Below are positions 23,817-35,851 of a stretch of DNA of 64,000 bases, one piece after another. The translations under genes were made by a program, and so were the position numbers. The DNA comes from Octopus sinensis (lineage: Eukaryota), in the NCBI RefSeq assembly GCF_006345805.1, contig NC_042997.1, positions 197,594,001-197,658,000 on the forward strand. The letters are read 5' to 3'. Under the pieces are notes generated by a model that ran no database searches, had not been told where the DNA came from, and saw only the letters and a program-made list of their open reading frames with translations. The stretch's first letter is position 1. Each line of letters begins with the position of its first letter.

Positions 23817-24618
23817 GTATAAACCATTCTTTAATTAGAGACGTTCTAAGTTGTGTTGAATGAACTATGAGTGTGGGCAATCGCATTTAAGATGTTCGCG
23901 TACATTCGGACATGGAAAGACAAGCGCTGCAGAAATTGTTTCCACAGAAAAATTCTCCTCATAGACTATATATGTGAAAAATATATCATTAGGCTATGAA
24001 TGAGGTCAGTGGATCCTAAAATTGTATGTGTTCCTGCGTTGTTGTGCGTCATCAGCTACGAATACCGAGTCGTCGTTTACAGCTACAAAGAACTTATTGT
24101 TCTTGTATTAGAACAGCAGATGATTCATTTACGAATGTGCACAAAGCTTTTTTTCCAAACCGGAATTTATTAATTAGAAGCACAGCAAGCTGCGTTCAGT
24201 GACACAAATGTATACAGTCATATTTAACATGTTTGTGTCCACTCGGAGATGAAAAAACACACACGCTGCAGAAATTGTTTGATTGTACACACTTATATTT
24301 TATTCAGAACTACTTTGTGTGTCTCTAATTAATATAACAGTATACAATTGAATTTCCAAGCCATTTATACTGGTGTTCTGTTGTTTAGTAGCATCTTTCA
24401 AAAGTTCAATGTTAACAATTAAATACTGATATTATAAAAGAAATACACCTGCTGATATGTAAATTAGAATAATGTATTTTGAAAAACAGTGTGTTGTAGA
24501 AGAAGAAAGTAATTGCAGGCAGAGAGCATTATATATATCAGAAATAACAATAAAAAAGATATCGAAATATTTAATTAGTCCTGATATTTCGAGTTGAAGA
24601 CTCTTTTTCAAAAGCTTA

Positions 24619-25351
24619 AGAGAGGGAGAGAGAGAGGACTAGAGTGAGAAGGAGAGAGAGGGAGTGAGGGCTAGAGTGAGAGGGAGACAGGAAAGAGAGA
24701 GAGAGAGAGAAAGAGAGGCAAGGAGAGAGAGAGAAAGAGAGGCAATGAGGAGAGAGAGACGAGGAGAGAGAGATGAGGAGAGAGAGATGAGGAGAGAGAG
24801 ATGAGGAGAGAGAGAGATGAGGAAGAAGAGATGAGGAGAAGAGATGAGGAGAGAGAGAGAGAGAGAGAGATGAGGAGAGAGAGATGAGAGAGAGAGAGAG
24901 GATGAGGAGAGAGAGATGAGGAGAGAGAGATGAGGAGAGAGAGATGAGGAGAGAGAGATGAGGAGAGAGGGATGAGGAGAGAGAGATGAGAGGAGAGATG
25001 AGGAGAGAGAGATGAGGAGAGAGAGATGAGGAGAGAGAGATGAGGAGAGAGGGATGAGGAGAGAGAGATGAGGAGAGAGGGATGAGGAGAGAGAGATGAG
25101 GAGAGAGAGATGAGGAGAGAGAGATGAGGAGAGAGAGATGAGGAGAGAGAGATGAGGAGAGAGAGATGAGGAGAGAGAGATGAGGAGAGAGAGATGAGGA
25201 GAGAGAGAGATGAGGAGAGAGAGAGATGAGGAGAGAGAGATGAGGAGAGAGAGATGAGGAGAGAGAGATGAGGAGAGAGAGATGAGGAGAGAGAGATGAG
25301 GAGAGAGAGATGAGGAGAGAGAGAGATGAGGAGAGAGAGATGAGGAGAGAG
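24619..25351. repeat. Polypurine minisatellite, unit about GATGAGGAGAGAGA (14-16 bp)
   Basis: About 730 bp of near-pure purine repeat read directly. Confidence 0.95.
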
Positions 25352-25883
25352 TTATGTATGGATACAAGTGTAAAATTTTTATATTATACTAGATTACCCG
25401 TGACCCGTTAGGTCAACTGCAAAGTCTGAGTTTCCCAGCAACGGAATTTTGTTTTGTGTTTTTTTTTTCTTTTGTAAATTATTTCACATGCTTTCAACGA
25501 ATCTGACATCGAAATCACGCGTAAGCGGCTCCTTTCTCCAGAAAAAGAAAGATTTCACCGCTATTTCTTGCATGCTCTGATACCACGTAACAAGTATTTC
25601 GCAAATAGCTGTTACGTGGTAGCAGGGCGTGCTAGAAATAGCAGCTAAATCTTTGGAACTGAAATACGTTGATTGCACTCCAAACCATTTTTGTAATAGT
25701 ATTCCCCTGGGGTGATCTTTCGTTTTGACTCTCAGAACTGTCGTTCAGATCAGCTGGTTTTGTTCGTTAATTTTCCTAAAAGTTTTTTTTATGTATTTAC
25801 TTATGTTTTAAAGTGAAAGAGAGAAGAAGGTGAAAGATGTATGAACGTGTATATGAAATGGACGTGTGTGCATGTGTGTGTGT

Positions 25884-25924
<41 letters not shown>

Positions 25925-27227
25925 ACTTACACATACTTGAGAACACACACGTTCACTCACTCACTCATTCTCTCACTCACTCTCTCTCTCTCTCACACAC
26001 ATATGCACACGTACATACAAAGATATACGCATATGTATTGATGTATGTACGTATACATGACAACACACTCCTTCACTCACTCTCTCTTTCTCTTTCTCTC
26101 TCTCTCTTTCTTTCTCTCTTTCTCTCTCGCTCTCTCTTTCACACACACACACGTCCATTTCATATACACGTGCATACATCTTTCACTTTCTCTCGCTTTC
26201 ATTTTAAAACAAAAGTAAATATATAAAACAGTTTTACGGAAATTAACGAACTCCAGATGAAAAGCGAAAGATCGCCATTCACTTGAAAATAATGAAAAAA
26301 TAAAAAACAAAAATATTGTCTGTTTAAAGAATGCTAAAATATAAATACTCACTGTACAAACAACTTACATTTTTGAAATCACATTCAGTTAAGAATATTT
26401 CTAAATGATTAAAATATTGTGTACGTCTAAAAGTCGATGTCATTCTTCTTAACGAGCGGGAAGACTATGTGTGTGTATATGTCACAGATAGCGGACGTGT
26501 GTTTGTGTTGATTGACACGGCATGACATTAATTATATGTGTATGTATTCTGTATGTGTGTTGACGTCACGGAAGTCATGTTTTTTTTCGTCAAGAAATAA
26601 CAAACAAAAATTGTATTTAATCGTTTTCATTAATAAATAGAGGTACAGATATCACAATAATTTGTACTGCACTCCGAAGTTAAGTATGAAAATAATTATG
26701 CGAACAAAATATTGCGATAAAATATACTATTCCTGAGATACGCTAACATCTCTAGAGTTTTAGTATTATTAAGATAGATGTACATATAAATGAATGTGTG
26801 CACGCATCTAAGTAAATTTTTCCGTCTAAATACATGTTTGCATGTGAATATATATATGTATATATATATATATATATTATATAATATATATATAATATAT
26901 ATATATACGTGCATATACATACATACATACACACACACGCACACATACACACGCACACACTCATATATATATGCATGTTTGTATGTATGTATGTATGTAT
27001 GTATATTTACTTGTTTCAATCATTAGATTGCAGCTATGCTGGGGCACCAACTTGAAGAATTTGCAGTCGAATATATCGGTCCCAGTACTTAATTTTTAAA
27101 AGCCAGTTACTTATTCTATTGGTCGCTTTTGCTGAACCGCTAAGTTACGGACATGTAAACACACCAGTATCGGTGGTGAAGCGGGGGCTGGGGGATAAAC
27201 ACACACACACACGCACGCACGCACGCA

Positions 27228-27270
<43 letters not shown>

Positions 27271-27609
27271 ACGCAAACACACGCGCACACACACACACAC
27301 ACACACACACAACACACACACACACACACACACAAAACACGCACGCACACAAATATGTAGTATTATAATATATATTATATATATATAATATATATATAGA
27401 TATACACGACGAGCTTCTTTCAGTTTCCGTCTTCCAAATCCTCTCACATGGCTTTGAATAGCCCGAACCATGTAGTTGGGTAACAAGCTTTTTACCACAG
27501 AGCCACACCTGCGCTTATACGTGTATGTATGTGTTGTGTGTGTTTATGTATATATGTATAATATATATACATACACTCACATATGTGGTATATATATATG
27601 TATGTATTA

Positions 27610-27668
<59 letters not shown>

Positions 27669-28230
27669 TATATATATATATATATATATTATAATATATA
27701 TCTCTTATTATAAAAGGCAGATTTTATCTGCCTCCCTTTGGGAGTTATACAAATCTACAATATAGCATTTCTTCAATTACAATTTACCTGCATTTTAAGA
27801 GTACAATGCATCGCGTCATGCCAGGTCCAGTTTTAAAATTTAAACTCCAATTAAGCAAAATTTACAGAAAACTCACATTCTGGTGTGTGTGTGTCAAATG
27901 CTTTTCTTAGTCTGGTTTACACCACACGCAAACGCACACACACAGTGGGCAACGAATAAAATGAAAGTAATTGACTTACTGTAGTGAGTGATTCTTTCAC
28001 TCTGCCTCCCACTTCCTCTTTCAACACATAGACACGCAATATATAAATAAAATTGTAAGCTAACGTGCGTGTGTGTGATTGTGAGTGGGGGGGTGTGGGT
28101 GTGCGCGCGTGTGGTGTGTGTGTGTGTGGTGAGGTGCGTGTGTATGTGTGTGTGTGCGTGTGCGTGCGTGTGTGGTGACAGGAAAGTTTTTTACGACGAA
28201 TATAACACCTATATCAAGTAGTAGCAGAAA

Positions 28231-28610
28231 GATAAGACAGTAAGGTGTGATTCGAGGGAGATTTGGCTGCTATTGGCTGCTATTCTACCATGTCTAGCTG
28301 CCATGTAGGGGTCTCTCCCTCATAGGCTCATACATACATATATACATAGATAAGACAGTAAGGTGTGATTTGGGGGAAATTTGGCTGCTATTTCTACCAG
28401 GTCTAGCTGCCATGTAGGGGTCTCCCTCATAGGCTCATACATACATATACATAGATAAGACAGTAAGGTGTGATTTGGGGGAAATTTGGCTGCTATTTCT
28501 ACAGGTCTAGCTACCATGTAGAGGTCCCCCTCATTGGCTCATATATATATACATACATAAGACAGTAAGGTGTGATTTGAGGGAGATTTGGCTGCTGTTT
28601 CTACAGGTCT
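28231..28610. repeat. Tandem array of about 105-bp SINE-fragment units (3.6 copies)
   Basis: Unit starts at 28231, 28349, 28454, 28556. Confidence 0.9.
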
Positions 28611-28921
28611 GTTAGGCCTTCTCATGTAAACTCAAGCTTTCTCAGCCTTGAACATAAGACCAAAGCAGAGAATGTATTCTTTTATTCTTCTGCTTTTTCC
28701 AGCCATTGGTCTGTGGCCATGCTGGGGCAATGCCTTGAAGAAGTGTAGTTTAATAAATCAACTCTTTATTTTGTAAGCATTGTACTTATTCTATCTGTTT
28801 CCTTTGTCAAACCACTAGGTGACAGGGATGTAAACAAACCAACATTCGTTGTCAAGCAGTGGTGGAGGACAATCACAAGCACAGACACGCACAACACACA
28901 TACATGCATACACATATACAC

Positions 28922-28952
<31 letters not shown>

Positions 28953-28973
28953 TATTATGTTTGTATATATATA

Positions 28974-29229
28974 TTGCAGCGTGGAAGGTGTTTGTAAGCC
29001 ATTTAAGAAACACACAAAAACCGTTACATTCACTTCAACATTTAAATTAATTTGCCAAATATTTTCGTCGCTTTGAGACCGCGACCTGTTCACTGACAAA
29101 AATATCGTGCTAACAGGTCGCGGTCTCAAAGCGATGAAAATATTTTGACAAATTTAATTTAAATGTTGAAGTGAATCTAACGGTTTTTGTGTGTTTCTTA
29201 AATGGCTTATAAACACTTCAACGCTGCAA
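28974..29229. mobile_element. Palindromic foldback MITE
   Basis: About 117-bp inverted arms (28974-29090, 29112-29229) with a 21-bp spacer. Confidence 0.85.
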
Positions 29230-29390
29230 CTGTTTTCGTTCCAGCACACGATCTCAGATCAAGTCACTTGCTATGCAAGTACATCTCTGTAACTATATAT
29301 ATTTTATATATATATATATATGTATATTGGTAAAAACAGTAAGATAACAACAAAGAAAGAAAGAGACCTCAATTATGTAAATAGAGGAAA

Positions 29391-29774
29391 TTTTATATAT
29401 AAAAGTGAGGTTGTGTGTCTGTCTCCTACGATTTAGATTCCTAACTACTCCCACATTTTGCGGTGCAGTTTAACCAAAACCGGGTATATTATCGTCGATT
29501 CATATCGAGACCGTCTGGGTATTAGCGCGCGTCTACGATGAGTCTACGATTTAAAAAAAATTTACCATCAATTTTTCCCATTTTTAATCCATTTTTGACA
29601 TATATAAGGGAAGTAACTCTCTAAAATTTATTATTAAATCTCAGAACGTAAAAAGCTACAGTAACACCCCTCCCCCTTCTGGTTAGCCATATTGAGATGG
29701 CTATTAATTTACATCTCTAAAAATGCTTATATAATTTCCCTTACAAACCGAGCAACGCCGGGCGATACTGCTAG
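29391..29774 (+). mobile_element. Non-autonomous Helitron, copy 1
   Basis: 3' hairpin CCGAGCAACGCCGG followed by CTAG|T; body shared with 45400-45915; 5' TC not preserved. Confidence 0.75.
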
Positions 29775-29888
29775 TATATATATAGAATACACTCACATAT
29801 GTGCGTGCGTATATATGTATGTTATTATTATATAATATATATATACATAATTTGCTATATTTCGGAATGGTCATTTTGCCAGTTTAGC

Positions 29889-29924
<36 letters not shown>

Positions 29925-29950
29925 ATGTAGAGAGAGAAAAGAGAGATGGA

Positions 29951-31197
29951 GATGGAGGCTTGGGTCAATGCTGGTTGTGGCATGGCGGGACCCATTCCTG
30001 TAGAGAATGGTGTCAAGCAGGGTGACATCCTTGTTTGTCTCAACTCTATTTTCTTTGTACTTCGCTGTTGCTTTTACTCATGCTTTTCCTGAGGTTAGCA
30101 CTCTGGGAATATATGTCAGATATCGATCTTCTGGCTGCCTCATTAATCTGCGCTGATTTGCGGCCGATTCAAAAGTTTTCCAGTCTCTTATTCGTGACCC
30201 CATTTATGCAGATGACTGTGACTTAGTCACTCATACAGTGGGTGACATGCAAATACTTAGGAATCGTATTTCTGCTTCTTGCAAGGCATTTGGACTCAGC
30301 ATTAGTCTGGACAAGACTGTTGTAATATTCCAGCCTGCACCAGGAAATCCATATGTGGAACCAGCTACCTTGGTTGAAGGAACAATACTGAAAGTGGTAG
30401 AGAAGTTTGTCTACCTGGGCAGCACACTCAGCCGTTCTTGCTCTCTGGATGATGAAATATCTTTCAGGCTGCAGAGAGCAACTGATTCCTTCCGGTCTCT
30501 TCAGTCTCATCTCTGGTCCCAGCATGGCATCACAAGGCAAACAAAAATTGTTGTGTACCGTGCGAGTGTACTGAAATCACTCCTCTACTCATGTGAGACA
30601 TGGACCCTTTACAAACGTCATAAAAGGGTTCTTGAACGCTTCCATCAGAGATGTCTAAGACACATTCTGAATGTTGGCTGAACCTTAAAAACTACAGACA
30701 CACAGGTCCTGAGGAAAGCTGATATCTTGAGTATTGAGGCCATAGTGCATAAGCACCAGTTTCGTTGGACTGGACACCTTATTAGAATGAAGGATAGCAG
30801 GATCCCTAAACAGATGTTCTATAGGGAACTTGTTAGTGGAAAGAGACCCCTGCGATTTAAGGACTGTGTCTAGTTCTCATTAAGGGCCTGTGATATGCAG
30901 GAGACTGACTGGGAGAGCAATGCCTGTCATCGCCACAGATGGAGGAAGCAGGTTAAGGAGGGGCTCGACACTTTTGAGAGAGCAAATATTCTCATGAAGA
31001 ACTTAAGCGTGCTGCTTGAAAGCGCACTGCTAGTATAGTGAATGGGAAAAGCTTGGTCTGCAGTCATGTATGCGTGTCAAGATCAGGGCTCATTAGTCAC
31101 CAACTGAACCCAAATGCAAAATATAAGTTAGTCTTAGAGCGCACAATGTTCCTAAATCACAGCAATGGTCTTCCTCGGTCACGAGTGGACCGCCATC
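29951..31197 (+). mobile_element. 5'-truncated RTE-clade LINE (degraded RT C-terminus and 3' end) with (ATGT)n tail
   Basis: NGVKQGDIL, YADDCDL, YLGSTLS, LLYSCETWTLYK, FHQRCLRHIL motifs; stops and frameshifts. Confidence 0.9.
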
Positions 31198-31253
31198 ATG
31201 TATGTATGTATGTATGTATGTATGTATGTATGTATGTATGTATGTATGTATGT

Positions 31254-31807
31254 CAGGTCACTTTCGAGTGCTACTGGTAACATGTAACCCAGTACAACCT
31301 GTTGCATGGTCGGGTCGTCGGCGACTAAACCAGTAACCCCACCAAGCTTGATTGGTGAGGAGGGTGTTTATTGGACACCCTGCGGGATGAAAAACAAAAC
31401 CCGTCAAATAGCGGAGGAACTCTTGAGAGTCAACGGCCATCCAATAAATGTCTTAAGGCTGTATCATGCGCGGGGACATAGAAATAATCGGATTGAATAC
31501 CCGATCGCAGAGTTAAACCATTGGGAGTGAGGGACTCCGAGCCTTTATTAGGGCATCCTTCTAGGAGAAGGTACCTCAGGTAAATGGGATAGCGCCGACA
31601 TAAAACCTGCGGCTCAGTGGTTACCAATGATGTTGACTTGTTCTACTTTTCGGATTATGGCTGCTGTTGCTTAGTGAATGAGATTGACTCAGTGCTCAGC
31701 TTTTCCTCACTTTAAAAAAAATCTTCTTGCACAGGCATTGCACGATAACAACATTGATTAAGCTTCGTGCAATGGCCATACTCGATAACGAGGGGGCAGC
31801 CACCACC
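31254..31807 (+). mobile_element. Short non-coding element with an RTE-like 3' end (putative internally deleted RTE derivative)
   Basis: 31769-31804 is 27/36 identical to the RTE 3' end at 31162-31197; flanked by (TATG)n. Confidence 0.55.
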
Positions 31808-33005
31808 ATGTATGCATGTATGTATGTATGTATGTATGTATGTATGTATGTATGTATGTATGTATGTATGTATGTATGTATGTATGTATGTATGCATGTA
31901 TGTATGCATGCATGCATGTATATATGTATGTTATGTATGTATGTATGTATGTATGTATGTATGTATGTATGTATGTATGTATGCATGTATGTATGTTATG
32001 TATGTATGTAAAACATTGCGGTGTTGACAAAAAGATCTGATATTGACAGTTTTGGACTGAAGTTTAAGGAGTTCAGGTTCCAATAACATTTGCAATCCAA
32101 ACAGATTAATAAAGTAGGACATGATTATAGAAACTGGTGTAAGATGGAAAAGAGGGGAAGATCGGGGTTTTTTGATAACTGTGCAAGTTATGCCGTCGAA
32201 TCGAACGGCTATTTCCACGTAATAATAAATTCTCATTGTCGGTCTTAAAATATGATCCATTGTTAAGCATGTCAAATAATTTTGAAGAAGTCGTTTTTAA
32301 TTTAAATGATTATGCTTCAGAGCTACACATTTAATTAGCTTTTTTTCTCTCCTTCAAATATCGGTTATATTGCATTAATTAGTTTAGCTTTTAGCAATAT
32401 TATGGAGAAAAAGGAGGGAAAAAAATGTTTATTGTCTCTTAAAATTAATACGTTTCCTGTTGCTAATTTATTAACGGGGAAATGGAGAAGAATTCGTGAC
32501 GTCATTCATTTTCCCAAGAATATTGGTTTTTAACAGACGCGGGCAATGCAGCTGAGGAGTGGGGGTGGGTACGGTGGGAGCGGTGGAGAGAGGATTGATC
32601 GATTAGAACGTCGCAGTATTTGACCACTGGTCAAGTTTGATCGAAGCCCGGAGAAATGACCTTAATTGAATTTGAAACGACTGTGCGGATTCACAACTGA
32701 ATACGTCACCGCGGGGTCCTTTTTTGGCTTTTTTATTCGACACTCTACCGATTCTGTTTTACTCCCACACATCTGAAGGTTTAGTTGTTCGAATCGTCTC
32801 CACTACTTAATTTTAAGTCAGGTATTTATTCAACCGCACTCTGTTTACCGAACCGCTAAGTTGCAGGAACATAAACAGACCGATACCAGTTGTGGAACAC
32901 TGCTGGGAAGACAAATCCTGACTCGCTAACACACGTATACATACATACATACATGCATGCATGCATGCATACATACATACATACATACATACATACATAC
33001 ATACA

Positions 33006-33039
<34 letters not shown>

Positions 33040-33079
33040 CATACATACATACATATATGCAAACATACATACTATATGC

Positions 33080-33110
<31 letters not shown>

Positions 33111-33155
33111 CATACATACATACATACATACATACATACATACACACATACATAT

Positions 33156-33888
33156 CTACAGGGTATGCGTTTGTAATCCAAGAACAGGAAATATCAACCA
33201 AGTACCTGATGCACAAAAGGGATAGAGATGCAGGAAAAGCAGTAAAATGTTACAACCGATGCAGACATTGTGGAGTTCATACTGAAGATATCACTCACAC
33301 CATAAGCAGTTGTCTGAAAATGACATCACGGTATTATCTACCGATGAGACATGATGTTGTAGTTGGGACGCTCTATAATGAAATCCGTCGGAAGGATAAT
33401 CCCGAGGACAAAGAAATAAAAACCCACAATATGGTAGAAGCCATAGCCACTCATAATAAAAAGGAATACTGGTGGAATGTACCAGTGAATACATCAATAA
33501 AATGGAAGCACAACATACCTGATGTAATGATTTGGAACAGAGAAGAGAAACTGTGCACAGCTGTGGAAATTAGCTGCCGAGCTGATGTTGACATAAAACC
33601 GAAGATTAGTGAAAAAGAGAATACCTATGTTCAGATTGCAAGTTCAGGTTTATACCTGTAATTATTGGCGCCCTGGAATATGTAACACAGTGTCTAAATA
33701 CCAACCTTGAGAAATTAGGCTTCTCAAAACCAGAAAGGCGAAAGTTCATTCGATGAATACAGATCCAATCCATCACTGGAACTGTAAAAATCTGTAAAAC
33801 TTTCTAGTGTCTCATTTAAATATATATAAGTATGACTAGATATGTAACTGTAAGCATGAGAATAAATACATAAAACATGCAAATATGT
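33156..33888 (+). mobile_element. R4/Dong-type (REL endonuclease) LINE 3' fragment within (CATA)n
   Basis: CRHCGVHTEDITHTISSC...RHDVV zinc knuckle and KHNIPDVMIW..EISC endonuclease motif. Confidence 0.88.
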
Positions 33889-33975
33889 ACATACATACAT
33901 ACATACATACATACATACATACATACATACATACATACATACATACATACATACATACATACATACATACATACA

Positions 33976-35040
33976 TTCCACAGAAACAGTGATGTTAACA
34001 GGCTCTACCTAAGAAGAAACGAAGGTGGTAGAGGCCTGAGATCAGTGCAGACAGCTTTTGAATGCTGTTTGGTTTCACTCAGGCAGCACCTGCTAAACAA
34101 CAGCAGCAAAAATAAATATATTAATGCAGTGCTGAAAAGTGAAGCGGGGAACATTGTACGAGTTGGCAGTGAACTCCTTAAGGAACACTCTCTTCCTGAT
34201 GATCTCATATACAGCCCCAAAACAGCTGGGCTCTCTTACCTCAGAGAAGACCTGGATAGAAAGCACTCAGCGTACAAAATAAAAATAAAAAGACTATGCA
34301 TGGGTATGTTGCCCGGAAGCTTGAAGAAGACAGTAGAATTGACACGAAGCGCAACCTCTCTTGGACACAAGACCACTACATCACACTTTGAAATGCTATG
34401 CGTTTGCAATCCAGGAATAGGAGATCACCACAAAGTACCTGGTGAACAAGAGAGACAATGATGCTCTTGTAATCCCAAGGTGCAACCGCATGTGTAGGCT
34501 ATGTCATGGTTCTGTGGAAGACATCACGCATGTGATTAGTAGCTGTCCTAAAATGTCACGGTACTACCCCACTATCCGGCACGATGTTGTTGCTAAACAA
34601 TTTACAATGCCCTCTGCCAAAAATACTGTCCTGAAATAAACTTAGAAAATCCCTCTCTGTTATGGAATACATTCATAAACACCAACTCAAGGAATACCGG
34701 TGGAATATTCTCATCAAAACGTCTGTCAAATGTAAACATAAGAGGCCGGATATTGTTGTTTGGGACAGAGGGGCAAAGGTATGTACCATCATGGAGGTTA
34801 GATGCCATGCAGATATAAATATCTCTTTGAAAATTAAAGAAAAGAGGATATCTATGGACAACTGCTTCGAAACCTCCAGCTTCTATATCCTAACTATGAA
34901 TTCATATTCATACAAATGGTACTTGTAGCTCTACGTTTTGTTAGTAAATGCTAAAAGGAGAATCTGGATAAACTGGGATTTCCAGAAAGAAAAACCGATC
35001 GGTTAGTTCGTACTTTACAAGTGCAACCTGTGAGTCTATT
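33976..35040 (+). mobile_element. Second R4/Dong-type LINE fragment starting in (CATA)n
   Basis: RLYLRRNEGGRGL, CRLCHGSVEDITHVISSC..RHDVV, KHKRPDIVVW motifs; frameshifted. Confidence 0.88.
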
Positions 35041-35070
35041 CTCTCTGTCTCTCTCTCTGTCTCTCTCTCT

Positions 35071-35119
<49 letters not shown>

Positions 35120-35192
35120 ATATATATATATATATACGCACACACACTCAAATATGCATATAAATACAAAATACACAGATAAACACAACCAA

Positions 35193-35240
<48 letters not shown>

Positions 35241-35366
35241 ATATAATCATCTCATCATCATCACGTGACCGACCAGTTCATCAGATGTAGTTACACATCG
35301 CTGTTCACAATGCGTTCGCATTGTTTTAGCCTTCGAATGACGCCACCCCGCTAGCTAAGCGAGCAG

Positions 35367-35423
<57 letters not shown>

Positions 35424-35806
35424 TATATATATTGTATGGTGTGTATGCGTGTTGTGTGTTGTATACGACGCGCTTTTTTCAGTTTCCGTTAGCCAAATCC
35501 CACTCACAAGGTGCCACGCAGTGGGACTGAACCCGGAACCGTGTGGCTGGGAAGCAAGCTTCTTATCACACAGCCATGCCTACACATACATACGTACATA
35601 CATACATACATACATACATACATACATACATACATACATACATACATACATACATACATACATGTGAGCGTCTGTGTGTATATATATAGAGAGAAAGAGA
35701 ATTCTGACGATGGTTCAGCTGATCAAAACTTCGAAGTAAATGTCAACAACATACTTGTTTAAGAATTATATATATGTATATATATATATATATAATATAT
35801 ATATAT

Positions 35807-35851
<45 letters not shown>

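Noticed and set aside
27700-28150. Possible third Helitron family (5' TC start with ggcaga...tctgcc hairpin)
   Set aside because: No 3' hairpin-CTAG end found, so it cannot be supported as a feature.
31696-33225. Many ORFs of HTYI/MYVC type, also across 22170-22560, 26700-27710, 38060-38670
   Set aside because: Translations of (CATA)n, (TA)n and (CA)n microsatellites.
35255-35370. CTGATGAA on the minus strand
   Set aside because: No stem II or GAAA; context is a retroposon 3' end with a (GAT)n tail.
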